This document shows, one piece after another, positions 1 through 11,371 of a stretch of 64,000 nucleotides of DNA. Location of the stretch: assembly GCF_004010195.1 (NCBI RefSeq), contig NC_057744.1, positions 4,754,657 through 4,818,656 of the forward strand, written 5' to 3'. The notes under the pieces were generated by a model. It made no database searches, was not told where the DNA came from, and saw only the letters and a list, made by a program, of their open reading frames with translations. The number at the start of each line of letters is the position of its first letter. Within the stretch, counting starts at the first letter, position 1. The DNA comes from Chiloscyllium plagiosum (lineage: Eukaryota). The translations under genes and the position numbers were made by a program.

Positions 1-327
1 GGGTCGGCCGGGGCAGTCAGGTTTGTGGATTTTGGGCAGGAGGTAGAAACGGGCAGTGCGGGGTTGTGGGACTATGAGGTTGGAGGTGGTGGATGGGAGA
101 TCCCCCGAGGTGATGAGGTTATGGACGGTCTGGGAGATAATGGTTTGTTTGTAGTACCTATCACATTTCCGACGCCCCTCCCCCAAGTCCCTCCTCCCTA
201 CCTTTTATCTTAGCCTGCTGGACAAACTTTCCTCATTCCTGAAGAAGGGCTTATGCCCGAAACGTCGATTCTCCTGTTCCCTGGATGCTGCCTGACCTGC
301 TGCGCTTTTCCAGCAACACATTTTCAA
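1..327. mobile_element. Penelope-like element, family A: antisense RT fragment (1-~145) joined to a sense pseudo-LTR end
   Basis: Minus strand of 1-145 reads QTIISQTVHNLITSGDLPSTTSNLIVPQPRTARFYLLPKIHKPDCPGRP (PLE RT-type LPKIHK..GRP motif). 235-327 is the family A terminal sequence that recurs across the window. Confidence 0.8.
235..270 (+). ncRNA. Minimal type I hammerhead ribozyme motif (family A)
   Basis: ATTC-CTGAAGA-A-GGGC-TTAT-GCCC-GAAAC-GTC-GATT: intact CUGANGA and GAAA boxes, 4-bp stem II, palindromic ACGT helix III, one stem I mismatch. Confidence 0.7.
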
Positions 328-732
328 ATCAGAACTCAATGCCAGAGATGGTATTGATATGCAGATCACCATACCCAGATCCTCAGAGTGGCCGCAGCCG
401 GGCAGCTCAGAGGGAAGAGTGGTCCTAGCAGAGTTAATACTCAGTCATCGTCTAACTGGTACTCTTTCCATGGCAACACCTTGACCAATCACTACCCACC
501 AATCAGCACCTTCATCTCAGAGGTAAAAATTGTTGTTCCCCTTTATATTGGTATTCTTGTGAATGTCCTGATGAACTCAAGATGCAAAGCTCAGATTAAA
601 GTTATCTATTTCAGCAATACTCAGCTTCAGTACTACCAAATGACTAAAAACAGAATTAATAATATTATCCTCCTTTTCCTTTGTTTTCCATTCTTTGCTC
701 TCATTTGGCCAGGCTGTGAGGTCTGTGTTAAA

Positions 733-813
733 AAGGGTGGCACTGGAAAAGCACAGCAGAACAGTAGCATCCGAGGAGCAGGACATTTCGGGAATAAGCC
801 CTTCATCAGGAAT
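733..813 (-). mobile_element. Family A PLE terminal fragment with a decayed hammerhead motif
   Basis: Minus strand ATTCCTGATGAAGGGCTTATTCCCGAAATGTC, followed by the family A tail. Confidence 0.6.
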
Positions 814-1295
814 TTGTGGTATTTCTGCGCTCACTCTTTTTCCAACTAGTGAGGGCCCCATTGGTGTTAGATTTTTACTTGGATACCTGATTACCCCAAC
901 TACATAGTGTTTTCAAACTGGAGCGTGTACATCAGCTGCTCAACTGTGATTCCTCCACAGGAGAATAGCTACCTTCCAAAATACCAGAAAAAGCTGCAGA
1001 TTGACAAATGCGGGAAAGGCTCTTTGCCAAATGGCACTCTGTTTTGTTTACCCTGGTCCTCCCTCTTCCTTGTTATATAACATCTTTACCTTTCTCTCTG
1101 GGCCAGTCTTTGGAGCTCTCTTCCAGAGGCACCAGTGGAGGGAGGGTCCATAAGATATTTTTAAGGCAGTAGTAGAGACAGACTTGACTAACAAGGGAGT
1201 CAGGTGTCATTGGGGATAGGAGAGATAAGTCGAGCTGAGGCCACAATCAGGTCCTTATGGAATGGGAGCAGGCTTAAGGGGCTGAAGGGCCTCTA

Positions 1296-1392
1296 TTCCT
1301 GATGAAGGGCTTTTGCCCAAAACATCGATTTTCCTGCTCCTTGGATGCTGCTTGACCTGCTGTGCTTTTCCAGCACCACTATGATCTTGACT
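1296..1392 (+). mobile_element. Family A PLE terminal fragment; hammerhead GAAA box mutated to AAAA
   Basis: ATTCCTGATGAAGGGCTTTTGCCCAAAACATCGATT...GATGCTGCTTGACCTGCTGTGCTTTTCCAGCA. Confidence 0.65.
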
Positions 1393-2210
1393 CAAGGGGC
1401 TGAATGGCGTATTCCTGATTCTGATTTGTACAGTCGTTGGACCAGTTCTGAGGAACACCATCAACCCAGGTATTAATCTGTCTTTTCTCCTTTCTTTTTC
1501 AATGTAGATGTTGACCTGGTCTGATCTGTGCTTCTAGCGTCTTCACATTTTAAGTTCAGCACCCTGCCCCATCCACCGAGGTACAGACTCTATCCATCAA
1601 CACCACACTCCCTCCCACTCTGGAGTGAACATTAGTGGAAGCAAAACAAACAATGAGAGCTGGGGATACCTCAGAAGAGCCACTAGCCGCTGCTTTGTGT
1701 ACACTGTCATGTGACCTGTGATCTGTGAAGATATGTAACACAGAGGAAACACATCTGATGGGGAGGACATTTTGACACACCCAGTCACCAACCTGGAAAG
1801 AGCAAGCATTCCATTTCACCCTGAAAGCTGGATCTCTGTGTGGCTGTCTTTTTAAAGAATGCACAATCTGATTCGAATCAGTAACAACAGAATTTGCCCT
1901 GACAAGTACAATATATAACAGTCTGTGCAAAAATATATACTTAGTATGTAAACAGATAATATGAACCTGATAAGGGATTGCACTCTGGGAAGCATAATCC
2001 ATACATTCAATATTGGATCATATCTTTTCATCTTTTTATTTCGCTATTAAATGAACAAAAAATATGACAACCTTATCGTTTTGGCTGGCTCTTACTGATT
2101 CAGTCTCGACCCTCGCTCTCTTCCCCTCCATTTCTGTCTCTTTCTTCCCAACCTCCCCCACCCCAACCAAACGAAATATCCAGGGCTGAATAAACACAAT
2201 GACAACTTAC

Positions 2211-2289
2211 CCGAACTACTGGTCAGGAGCATAAGACCCAGTAAACAGGAATGTAGGGGAGAAAGAGCCGCACTAACGTGGAGTTTCAT
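2211..2289 (-). CDS. First coding (signal peptide) exon of a gene continuing beyond the window start; possibly sodium channel beta-2 subunit (SCN2B-like)
   Basis: MKLHVSAALSPLHSCLLGLMLLTSSS + G, 79 nt, then a perfect donor G|gtaagt (phase 1) with a CpG-rich 5' region. Identity is inferred only from the JAML-SCN2B gene order in tetrapods. Confidence 0.6.
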
Positions 2290-2560
2290 TGCGAATTAGC
2301 AAGGGATGGAGAGCCGGGCGAAGGAGCAGGAGGGAGAGCTGCTTCTGCTGATGCTCTGGGCGCTGGCTGGAAAGACTGAGCAAAGCTGTGTTGTGGGCAG
2401 GAGCTCACATTGTGGGCTTGGGGGACCAGCCGAAAGAAGTCGGGGACCCGTCCTGGTCCGTGACAAACAGGCGCGCAGCGACCGGATGGGGCTTCAGATG
2501 CGAAGCAGCTCCAGGATCTGCAAAATTAGGGCCGCTTTCTTGGAGACGGACAAAGAGAAA
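2290..2560 (-). promoter_or_regulatory. CpG-enriched 5' UTR/promoter region of the 2211-2289 exon
   Basis: Local CpG cluster (gccgggcg, ggcgcgcagcgaccgg) in otherwise CpG-depleted DNA, directly upstream of the ATG. Confidence 0.45.
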
Positions 2561-5500
2561 AGCCTTGTTGCTGAGCTCCAGAATGAGCTATCCATCCACA
2601 GTTTTTATCCCGTCATTTGGGCTTTGAATAAACAGCATATTAACCATTTCAGGCGCATTACAAAGGCTGCATCTAAAGGGAAGAATGGACAAAGGAATAG
2701 GATAGGTTTGTCATGAAAAGGGGTGACAGGAGACTGGAATGATGCTTAAATACTGGCACAGACTAGTTGGGCCGAATGGCAATAAAGCAAATACTCTGTA
2801 AAGTGTTTTCCGACATTAAAATTGTTCAAACATGACTTGCCTATTTATTTCCTTTCCATTCAGAATGGGTTTTTTTTCTTTTTTTTATTAAGGTTTATCA
2901 TTTTAATCTACATCTTGTATTTTAGTTCCATTACACATCAATCTCAGTTTGTGTTTGCATCCCTTCCTCTTTCCATCCATGCTTTGCCCATTCTTTATTC
3001 CCTCTTCCTCTTTCTCCCCTCCCTTCTCCCCCTTCCTGACCTCCCCAATGTATTCCCCCTCTCTCCTCCCACTCCCCTTTTGCTCTCTGCCACTTCCACA
3101 TTCAATCTATCAAAGTCCTCCTTGAGTCTCCTCAACTTTCTTTGTCATTGTGGAAATAGAGTATCTCAAATGTCAATAGACCTTGAATATCTCAAGATTG
3201 TGAAATAACTCCTCATAACTATAATTTCCTGGCACTGGATTCATTATTTACATTACATATGGCCAATATCTAATCTGCTTTAGGGTGATCAAAGCCTCAG
3301 AACACTGCATCCTTTTACAAATTTATCACCATCTCCTTTATTGTTTCAGCATGTATCCTAGTTATAAAAAAAAGTGTTGGTCTTGAAAATGCTTATCTAC
3401 TGCTCTGACACCTTCAGGTATATACTTGTCCTCTAGCATCCCTCTCTGTTTGTGAACACACACACACTTCATCACCTTTTCACTGACTGCCTTCTCCCTA
3501 TTACTGCTCAAAATGTTTTACCTTGCACATGGAACTGCATTTGCCTCTTGCTTGCCCAAATCATGAACATATTTTATTGTCCTTGACACTCTCCAAGTTA
3601 TCTATTACTCAATTTCCTGGACCCTGCACAAAATTGCAAATTGCCTGCACAACATGAGAACAAGTAGATCATGGGGTGCATCATATTCACCCTTTTCTAG
3701 TCCACTTGATTTCCATTTAACCCACTTTCTATTCATGCTGTCACATCTTCCTTTGTAATAAAAATAGACACTAGAATTTTTGTAACTTGACACCTAGAGA
3801 TTGTATTAAAGGACATCTGAAAAATATCAAGCTAGAATCCCTTTATTTAGCCGATCAGTCACCACTTCATAAAAATCTATAAAATTTGGCAAACATGACT
3901 TGCTTTTAATAAATCCACTTTCGGTTAACCCATCCATTTCTACTTGCTAATTACTTTGTTCGCAAAAAATACTTTCATAGAACTGACATTAGGTTGAATA
4001 GTCTGCAGTTATCTGGTTCATCTGTGTGTGAACAAGAATGTTCCATTCATTATCCTCCGCTCTCACCTCGCAATTTACAATGTTTTACAAGGAATTCCTT
4101 TCAACCATCGAAGGTATATGTGGTCAGGGTACAGTGATGTATCCACTGTGAGTTGGGCCAATTGTTTTCAGAGTATTTCCCCATTGTTCAGTTTTTAAAA
4201 ATGCTCTCACAGGAGGCTGCCACCGCCTGGAGGTCTGCCACCACATTCAATCCATTGAGAGAGGAGCAGTACTGCTCAGTCCAGGATGCTCCTGAAAGGA
4301 CTGGTTTTGATGATTGGAGTTATGTGCGCTCCCCTCTCCCAGGCTTTGGGGCAGAGAGGATGGCAGATATCAGTGGAGGTGGTTCCAGGTATTTCAGCTT
4401 CTGAGTCAAGGAGTTCTGGGGCTCAGGTTGGGAACCCATGGACTTCAACACAAAGTATAGTCTAACATTCCTCGTGCAGTACCACCGCAATGTTGTAAGG
4501 GCTATCTTTAGATCGAGACCTAAGACTAAGGCTGTGTCTATCCTTTCCAGTGAGTGTAGAAGATCATGTGTTACTAATTTGAAGAAAATCAGAGCAGTTC
4601 CTCCCGTGCCCGCTATTTATTCCTCAAGCAACATCATGAAAACAGGTTATCTGGGTCATTACCACATTACTGTTTGTGGGAGCTTGCTGTGCACAGATTA
4701 GCTGTATTACAGAAGTGACTACACGCCTGAAGAATCTCATTGCCTTCAAAGCATTTGAGACATCCGCAGAATGAGAAGAGGTGCTGTACAAATGCAAATT
4801 TTTCCAGTGCAATTCCATCATTCCAATAAAAGACCCTCCCACTCAAATATTTAACTCAGTTTCTCTTTTCATACAGATTGCCAAAGCTGCTGGATTTTTG
4901 GTGTTTTCTGTTTTTGTGATCCAACGTAATTACTTCCTCTCTGAGGCTCTGAACCCAGACACACAAGGATTAAAGCTGCACTATGAAACGGTGTCCAATG
5001 GGCACACTCTTCCTGAGTAAACTGCTTTCCTTATAAAGAGAATTTTTTTCGTGCAGAGGGTATTCAATCTGTGTAACTCCTAACTGCAGAAGGTTGTCAA
5101 GGCAGAGTCGTTAACCACATTCGAGGATGGAAGATATTTTTAATCAGTAAGGGAAATCAATAGTTTCAGGGAAAAGACAGGGAAGTAGAGTTGAGGATTA
5201 TTAGATCAGCCATGATCTAAATATATGATGCATTTCTGCCCTTGCGTTTTATGGTTGTATGGTAATTTGCATTCATTACAGATTTACATCAGGAATTGCA
5301 GTCAGATCATTGTAACTACTCATCCAGTTGGTAGAGGTTATTAGGTTCTGAGAGAAGTTTGATTAAAATTGTGTTTTTCACAACCTCCTACCTTTTATAG
5401 TCTTATGATTTGTTTACAGGATCTCAATGGAACAGGGTTCAGATGATAAAGTGTCACTGGGGAACTCTTGTGCTGTAGTGTCCCTGCCGTGGAGCCAGAA

Positions 5501-5944
5501 TCTCTGGGTTCAAGTTCCAATGCAGGGCCTGATCACCAAGGAAAACACATTAATAGCATGGTCAAAGGGTTGAGCATCAACATATCAATACTTCCACCAC
5601 ATTGTAGTGGTAAGAGTGGGAGAAATTCCAGGAAAGAAACTTGGAGCCTCTACCATCACTGTCATAGCCCGAGGCTCCACCATGTATGGGGTCGTGCACA
5701 TTCACAGTAACCCAGACACCTTGGATCAGTATCTGGTGTGGATCTGGTCCACACTAAGAGTAGGAGTCTTAATCTCTGTCCAAGCTGTAGTAGACTCAGG
5801 GGTTGCCTCCTTGCCCTGCCCTGGTGGAGATCATGGCACTGTGGGGATGGGGGTTTGGGCAGAGAAGGAGGAAGTGCCTCTGAGACACACTTGAATTATG
5901 AGGAATAAAATGTCCCATTTTGATCTTGTCCCCCAGCGTTTAAA

Positions 5945-6070
5945 GTTGAAACTTTATTGCTGGAACAGCACAACAGGTCAGGCAGCATCCAGGGAACACT
6001 GACCTGCTGTGCTGTTCCAGCAATAAAGTTTCAACTTTGATCTCCAGCATCTGCAGACCTCTCTTTCTCC
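5945..6070. mobile_element. Family A fold-back PLE fragment with target-site duplication
   Basis: Inverted arms (actttattgctggaacagcac / gtgctgttccagcaataaagt) flanked by ccccagcgtttaaa at 5931-5944 and 6069-6082. Confidence 0.75.
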
Positions 6071-6179
6071 CCAGCGTTTAAACAAAATCAGAACACTTTT
6101 GACACTGGGCTTTTCACTGAAATGGTATTTCCTTAACATTCATAATTCAAAACTAGAGAAGAGAACACAACATAGAACA

Positions 6180-6199
6180 TTTATTAATTCAGTTTTATT
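6180..6199 (-). terminator. Candidate poly(A) signals of the JAML-like gene
   Basis: Two minus-strand AATAAA (tttatt at 6180-6185 and 6194-6199), about 580 nt past the stop codon. Confidence 0.55.
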
Positions 6200-6339
6200 T
6201 TTAAACAAACACTAAAATATAACAATTTTATAATTTGCTTTGTGCATTTTAATGCAAAAGGTTTTTGACAATGACCAGAAGTTCGGGAACCAGTCTTGCA
6301 GAAGGAATTTGAGTCACCCCATGTTGTTTCTCCCTATTC

Positions 6340-6690
6340 TTTCATGCAATGTAAGTGTGGCCCATCCCTCATCGGCCTTGAACTAAATGGCTTGCTCCGC
6401 CATTCAGAGAGTAGTTAATAGTCAACCACATTGCTGTGGGTCTGGAGTCACATGTAGGCCAGACAGGTAAGGATGGCAGATTTCCTTCCCTAATGCATAT
6501 TAGTGAACTGGATGGGGTTTACAACAATTGATGATAATTTCTTGTCCACTATTACTAAGACTGGCTTTATATTCCAGAGTTTATTAACTGTGTTAAATTT
6601 CACCAGATCCTCTGGTGAGATTTGTTCCACAAATCCCCAGAATTTTATCCTGAGCCTCAGAATTAGTAGTCCAGTGACATTACTGTAATG
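6340..6690 (-). mobile_element. Old SINE-like repeat in the JAML-like 3' UTR
   Basis: Shares the block ctggcctacatgtgactccagacccacagcaatgtggttgact (read on the minus strand) with plus-strand copies at ~8790-8840 and ~27425-27475. Confidence 0.5.
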
Positions 6691-6778
6691 CCACTATCTT
6701 CATCAAACCAGAACTATCTGACTTAGTCTGGACGAATTGTGTGTGTCTTTGCTGTTAACAAGATAGATGAATACAGTA

Positions 6779-6907
6779 TCAAAAATTCCGATGATTGTCC
6801 AGAAAATCAATAGACAAAACTGGGTGGGGATGTTCTCCAGGTACAGGAGCATTGACTACGAGAGGTTTAGGAAGATCATCTGGTGTCTTTACTCGTAAAA
6901 TTGAGTG
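6779..6907 (-). CDS. JAML: JAML-like receptor, last coding exon
   Basis: Acceptor ttgtctctctttgtctccag|CAC (phase 0). Reads HSILRVKTPDDLPKPLVVNAPVPGEHPHPVLSIDFLDNHRNF*. Confidence 0.7.
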   Translation of the reverse strand, partial: HSILRVKTPDDLPKPLVVNAPVPGEHPHPVLSIDFLDNHRNF

Positions 6908-7529
6908 CTGGAGACAAAGAGAGACAAAAAGTGCTAAGTACAAAATATGCAGCAATCATTTCCAAATAGCAGGCTAATTTTCTGAGTGTTCCCAAATGGT
7001 TAGTGTGGTTCACCTGGGAACTATCTCCACAAACTTCAAAAATACACAACAGATGAACAAGAACAATGTCTAAGAGATCAGTTTTGAATTGCTGGAGGTG
7101 CCGATGGTTTCATATTGGGAATCCCAGATTTAAGGAGGTACACTTTTGCGTGAGAGAATACAGGGGTGAGCAATAACAATAGTTCATTTTACTTAGGATT
7201 AATGCTTTACTAATGAAGGTGAGGTTGGTGGTAAGAAAGGAAAACATTCTTCCATGAAATGTTTGAGATTGAGAGTAGGATCAACAATACTGAACTGGAC
7301 AAATTGTTCACTGTCACATGACTCAAATCCAAATGTGCACTCAAGTTAAAAGTGAGGGAGTGGAGAATAAGCAGAAACATCTCGTAAAAAGTGTATTTAG
7401 TTGTAGCACATGTTTCCATTAACCTTGCCAAATGGATCAGAAAGCCATCAACCATTCAATTTCAGTTGTACTTTTCAAGAAAGAAAGGTGCTGAAGAATT
7501 TGGTGAGGATATGATGGGAAAATAAATAA

Positions 7530-7708
7530 GATTGAGGGATGTATTGGGAAGGTTGAATGGGTGGGATTGAGGGATTTGTTGGGAAGGTGAGTGGGTGGGA
7601 TTGAGGGATATGTTGGGAAAATGAGTGGGTGGGATTAAGGGATATGTTGGGAAGTTGATTGGGTGGGATTGAGGGATATGTTGGGAAGGTGAGTGGGTGG
7701 GATTGAGA
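7530..7708 (+). repeat. 34-bp G-rich minisatellite, ~5 copies
   Basis: Unit gggtgggattgagggatatgttgggaaggtgagt starting at 7559, 7593, 7627, 7661 and 7695 (last one partial). Confidence 0.9.
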
Positions 7709-8016
7709 TCACAAGAGAATGATGAGCCTGTTGGCCACCTTCTGTTACTGGAATGGACTTACACAATTTGTGTATCCAATGGTTGATGGTACTCAAACAA
7801 AAATGACTTGGAGAGGCACATGAGATCCCATAAAGTGTTTGAGGCTGTGGACCAGAACCTTGAGGATTAAATTAGACTGAGCAGTTTTTCATTGACTGAT
7901 GCAGATAAGATGGTCCCTCTGTGCTGTAAATGTTGCCATATTTCTGTAATTCATCACTGACTATGGATATCAGGCATACCATGCAATATCATATCCTGAC
8001 CTCCCAACAATCTTAC

Positions 8017-8110
8017 CATTGTTACATAAGTTTCCTCTTCACCAGTTTTTGAGTCCTTACTTATCACTTCGTCCATGTCTTTATTTTGTCTCTCAATCCG
8101 GAGTGGGTTT
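8017..8110 (-). CDS. JAML: JAML-like receptor, cytoplasmic exon with YxxM motif
   Basis: cag|A...ATG|gtaaga, 94 nt, phase 2 to 0. Reads (G)NPLRIERQNKDMDEVISKDSKTGEEETYVTM; spliced to the next exon it gives TYVTMH, like mammalian JAML TYMTMH. Confidence 0.75.
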
Positions 8111-8223
8111 CTGTTGGTCACAGTGACGTAGCGCTCAGTGTCCTGATGGTTAGTGAACAAGTTTATTTCACCAGCTGGATCTGGATCTTCACATCATCTT
8201 CACTTTCTAATTTAAGTCCATAC

Positions 8224-8366
8224 CCTCTCCTGCAATTCCCTCTTGTGTTTCTGCAATACTGCTTTGGGTCAAGGTAGTTTGTGTGTGGGTTGTGACTGTC
8301 TGGGTCATTTCCCATCATTGAGCTGCTGATTCCAAGTGTGACAGAATTTGAAAATTCATCTCCTCG
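8224..8366 (-). CDS. JAML: JAML-like receptor, cytoplasmic exon
   Basis: ttcctcaaacag|CGA...GG|gtatgg, 143 nt, phase 0 to 2, exactly the phases needed to bridge its neighbours. Reads RGDEFSNSVTLG...NYLDPKQYCRNTRGNCRR. Confidence 0.6.
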
Positions 8367-9357
8367 CTGTTTGAGGAAGATCCTCTCCCATTCCTGCTCC
8401 TGCGTTAATACTGATTGTACTGAAAGGTGGAGCAGACTCAAAAAGCCTAATGGCCCACTCCTGCTCCTATTTTCTATGTTTGTTCACAGGGTTAACCCTG
8501 GGATAGAAGCTGAATGAAGCCCACAGATGTGGAAGTCGTAATATTTAACATGTCCCACAATGTGCCCACACAGGAGTATCGTGTTCGGTCATGATACTGC
8601 ACTATTAATCTAGATTAATGCACTGAAGAACTAAGTTCAAAACCCATCACAATAAGTAATTAAGTAACTTAATATATTTGGAATAAAAAGATATTTGGCA
8701 GTAATGATGACCATGAAGCTGCCAGATTGTGGCAAAAAGCCATCTGGTTCACTTAATGACCCTCAAAAGTGGAAATCTGCCACCCAACTCAGTCTGGCCT
8801 CCATGTGACTCCAGACCCACAGCAAAATGGTTGACTCTCAGCTGCCCTCTGAAGCGGCCATTCTGTTGGTCAAACTGCTGCAGAGAAGCACTATGGGTGA
8901 ATCTATAGCGCACGGTACAGGAAGGCAGCTTGCCACCATCTTGATAGATAATAAATATTGACATCGCCCATAATGAATGGATTATAAGTGAAAGCTCTCT
9001 CCATCCCTTCCCACCAAAAGCCATGCCATCTCCTGGGAGAAGCAAGAAGCCAGATTTAAAAACCTAAGCTGTACTGGGGAGGAATATTTGGGACATTCTG
9101 TTTACACCTTTGGAGACCATGAATGCCTTGAAATACATGTATTTTGTAAGAAGTTATGTCTGTCTGAACCACAGATTCAGCTCTCACTGGAAAGAATTCA
9201 GAAAATGGGTGCCAACCCATAAGCCACCATCCTATTCTAGGGGTTCACTGTATCCTGATTAAAGGACCAACGCCTGACATCTAACTTCAGTCCAGCCTCA
9301 CACAATGAAAAATTGAGAGTCCTGGTTCTCCCTAATCCATGTAATTGGATCAAATTG

Positions 9358-9498
9358 GAGGAGAAAGTGAGGACTGCAGATGCTGGAGATCAGAGCTGGA
9401 AATGTGTAGGGAAGAAGGGCTTATGCCCGAAACGTCGATTCTCCTGTTCCTTGGATGCTGCCTGACCTGCTGCGCTTTTCCAGCAACACATTTTCAGC
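9358..9498. mobile_element. Family A PLE fragment with 15-bp TSD
   Basis: aattggatcaaattg at 9343-9357 and 9499-9513. Confidence 0.8.
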
Positions 9499-9670
9499 AA
9501 TTGGATCAAATTGTCAACTAGGGTACAGTCCATTCCCTCCATTACTGTATACAACCCCAATCAGATCATTAGGTAAGGGAAACAACGGAAATGCAAGGAA
9601 GTGGTGTTGAGGATTATCAGATCAGCCATGATCTCTTTGAATTGTAGGGTAGAGCTCCTACATCTAATGG

Positions 9671-9899
9671 AGGAGAAAGTGAGGTCTGCAGATGCTGGAG
9701 ATCAAAGTTGAAACTTTATTGCTGGAACAGCACAGCAGGTCAGGCAGCATCCAGGGAACAGGAGATTCGACGTTTCGGGCACAGGCCCTTCTTCAGGAAT
9801 GAGGGCCTGTGAAGAAGGGCCTGTGCCCGAAACGTCGAATCTCCTGTTCCCTGGATGCTGCCTGACCTGCTGTGCTGTTCCAGCAATAAAGTTTCAACT
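9671..9899. mobile_element. Family A fold-back PLE with 14-16 bp TSD
   Basis: ~90-bp near-perfect inverted arms; ctcctacatctaatgg at 9655-9670 and 9898-9913. Confidence 0.85.
9765..9800 (-). ncRNA. Minimal type I hammerhead ribozyme motif (family A, intact)
   Basis: Minus strand ATTC-CTGAAGA-A-GGGC-CTGT-GCCC-GAAAC-GTC-GAAT, with perfect stems I and II. Confidence 0.75.
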
Positions 9900-9997
9900 C
9901 CTACATCTAATGGTCTATTACCCTCACACTGTGCTGGGAAACGTAAGACTTCAGTAAATGCTGCTCTAACTGTGAAGAAGCTTTGGATGAACTATAA

Positions 9998-10290
9998 TGG
10001 CTCAGTGGTTAGCACTGCTGCCTCACAGCACTAAGGACCCAGGTTTGATTCCACCCTCAGGCGACTGTCTGTGTGGAGTTTGCACATTCTCCCCATGTCT
10101 GGATGGGTTTCCTCCGGGTGCTCTGGTTTCCTCCCACAGTCTAAAGATGTGCGGCTTAGGTGGATTGGGCATGGGAAATGCAGGGTTATAGAGTAGGGGG
10201 GTGGGGGTGGGTCTGGGTTGAATGTTCTTCAGAGGGTTGGTGTGAACTCGATGGGCTGAAAGGCCTGATTCCACACTGGAGCGATACTAT
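9998..10290 (+). mobile_element. tRNA-derived SINE (HE1/V-SINE-like)
   Basis: A-box tggctcagtggttagca, B-box-like ggtttgattcc, core gtgtggagtttgcacattctcccc...ggtttcctcccacagt. Confidence 0.85.
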
Positions 10291-10412
10291 GAACACTGAA
10301 TCCATGTTGACTATAATTCACAAATTTTAGTGACTGAGAAAATAAGTAAATATTCAATATTCTGGATTGTTAAAAATTTAGAATAAAAACTGTACATTAA
10401 AATGTCCCTTAC

Positions 10413-10443
10413 CTCAGAGTCTTCAAGCCTTCTTGGATATCTT
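10413..10443 (-). CDS. JAML: JAML-like receptor, 31-nt juxtamembrane micro-exon
   Basis: cag|AAGATATCC...GAG|gtaagg, phase 2 to 0. Reads (R)RYPRRLEDSE. Confidence 0.65.
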
Positions 10444-10550
10444 CTGCTTATTGGTGCAGAGAATCGGAGAGAAAGATCAAAATTATTCACTGTGTGAAAA
10501 GGAAGATGACAATTTAACTCACTTAAATTCTTACTCCTCAATATATTTAC

Positions 10551-10701
10551 CTTTGATTTCTTATCGACCATTTCTTCCATGTGCTTCCAACGATAAGTGC
10601 AACAAGCAAGATGAAAACACCTGCTGTTGTATATATAATGATATTCTTTGGAACTCCTTCCACTAACATAGATGGTCTTAACCTCCGTGTACGTTTGGTG
10701 T
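10551..10701 (-). CDS. JAML: JAML-like receptor, stalk + transmembrane exon
   Basis: ttccttcag|AC...AG|gtaaat, 151 nt, phase 1 to 2. Reads (D)TKRTRRLRPSMLVEGVPKNIIIYTTAGVFILLVALIVGSTWKKWSIRNQ. Confidence 0.8.
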
Positions 10702-11371
10702 CTGAAGGAAATAAAAATGTTCAGATAAATTTAAATGCAAAATCTCTGCCTCGCTGCCCAAAGAGGCATTCATTTCAGAAAATTAATAAGTCTGTCATGT
10801 TTGGGGAGAATCTCACCAACAACTGCTAATCGATTCAAGCCCTGATCTTGGATTTAAATGAGGAACCTGGAAAAACACATCAGTGTAGTGCGAAAGGAAT
10901 GCTGCACAATCAGAGAGGTGGATGACATGCTAAACCTAACTGTTTTGTTGAATGTGCAATAACTAATGACATTACTGAAAGCAGTTCAAAGTTTCCTGAT
11001 CAAGTTCCAATCATCAACCAACATCGGATTAATTGGTCAGGATAAATGGGTTGCTCTTTATAGTATTTTATGTGCTAATTGTTGGCCATTTTTATCTACA
11101 TTACATCAGTGAATCCACTGGGAAGCCATTCACTGATTGATGAGCATTTTGGGATATTAAAAAGACATACAACAATTGTACAAATTGCAGGTTCTTTCTT
11201 TTTTCATTCAATTTTCTGGATGTTTAGCAATCTTATTAATACAAAGACAGATTTTGTGATTGCGCTTTGTTTATGGAAAGTTCCATCCATTAGCTGTGCG
11301 TGTGTCAGAATATGGGGAACACCACAGAATGTTTCATGCATTAATTTAATTGATGAGGCTATTGTGAACAG

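Noticed and set aside
1555-1590. TTCAGCACC, the left half of a REST/RE1 site, in the SCN2B-like intron
   Set aside because: No GGACAG right half at canonical or near-canonical spacing.
2306-2716. 136-aa plus-strand ORF head-to-head with the 2289 ATG
   Set aside because: No recognisable domain; it overlaps the GC-rich UTR/promoter, where chance ORFs are common.
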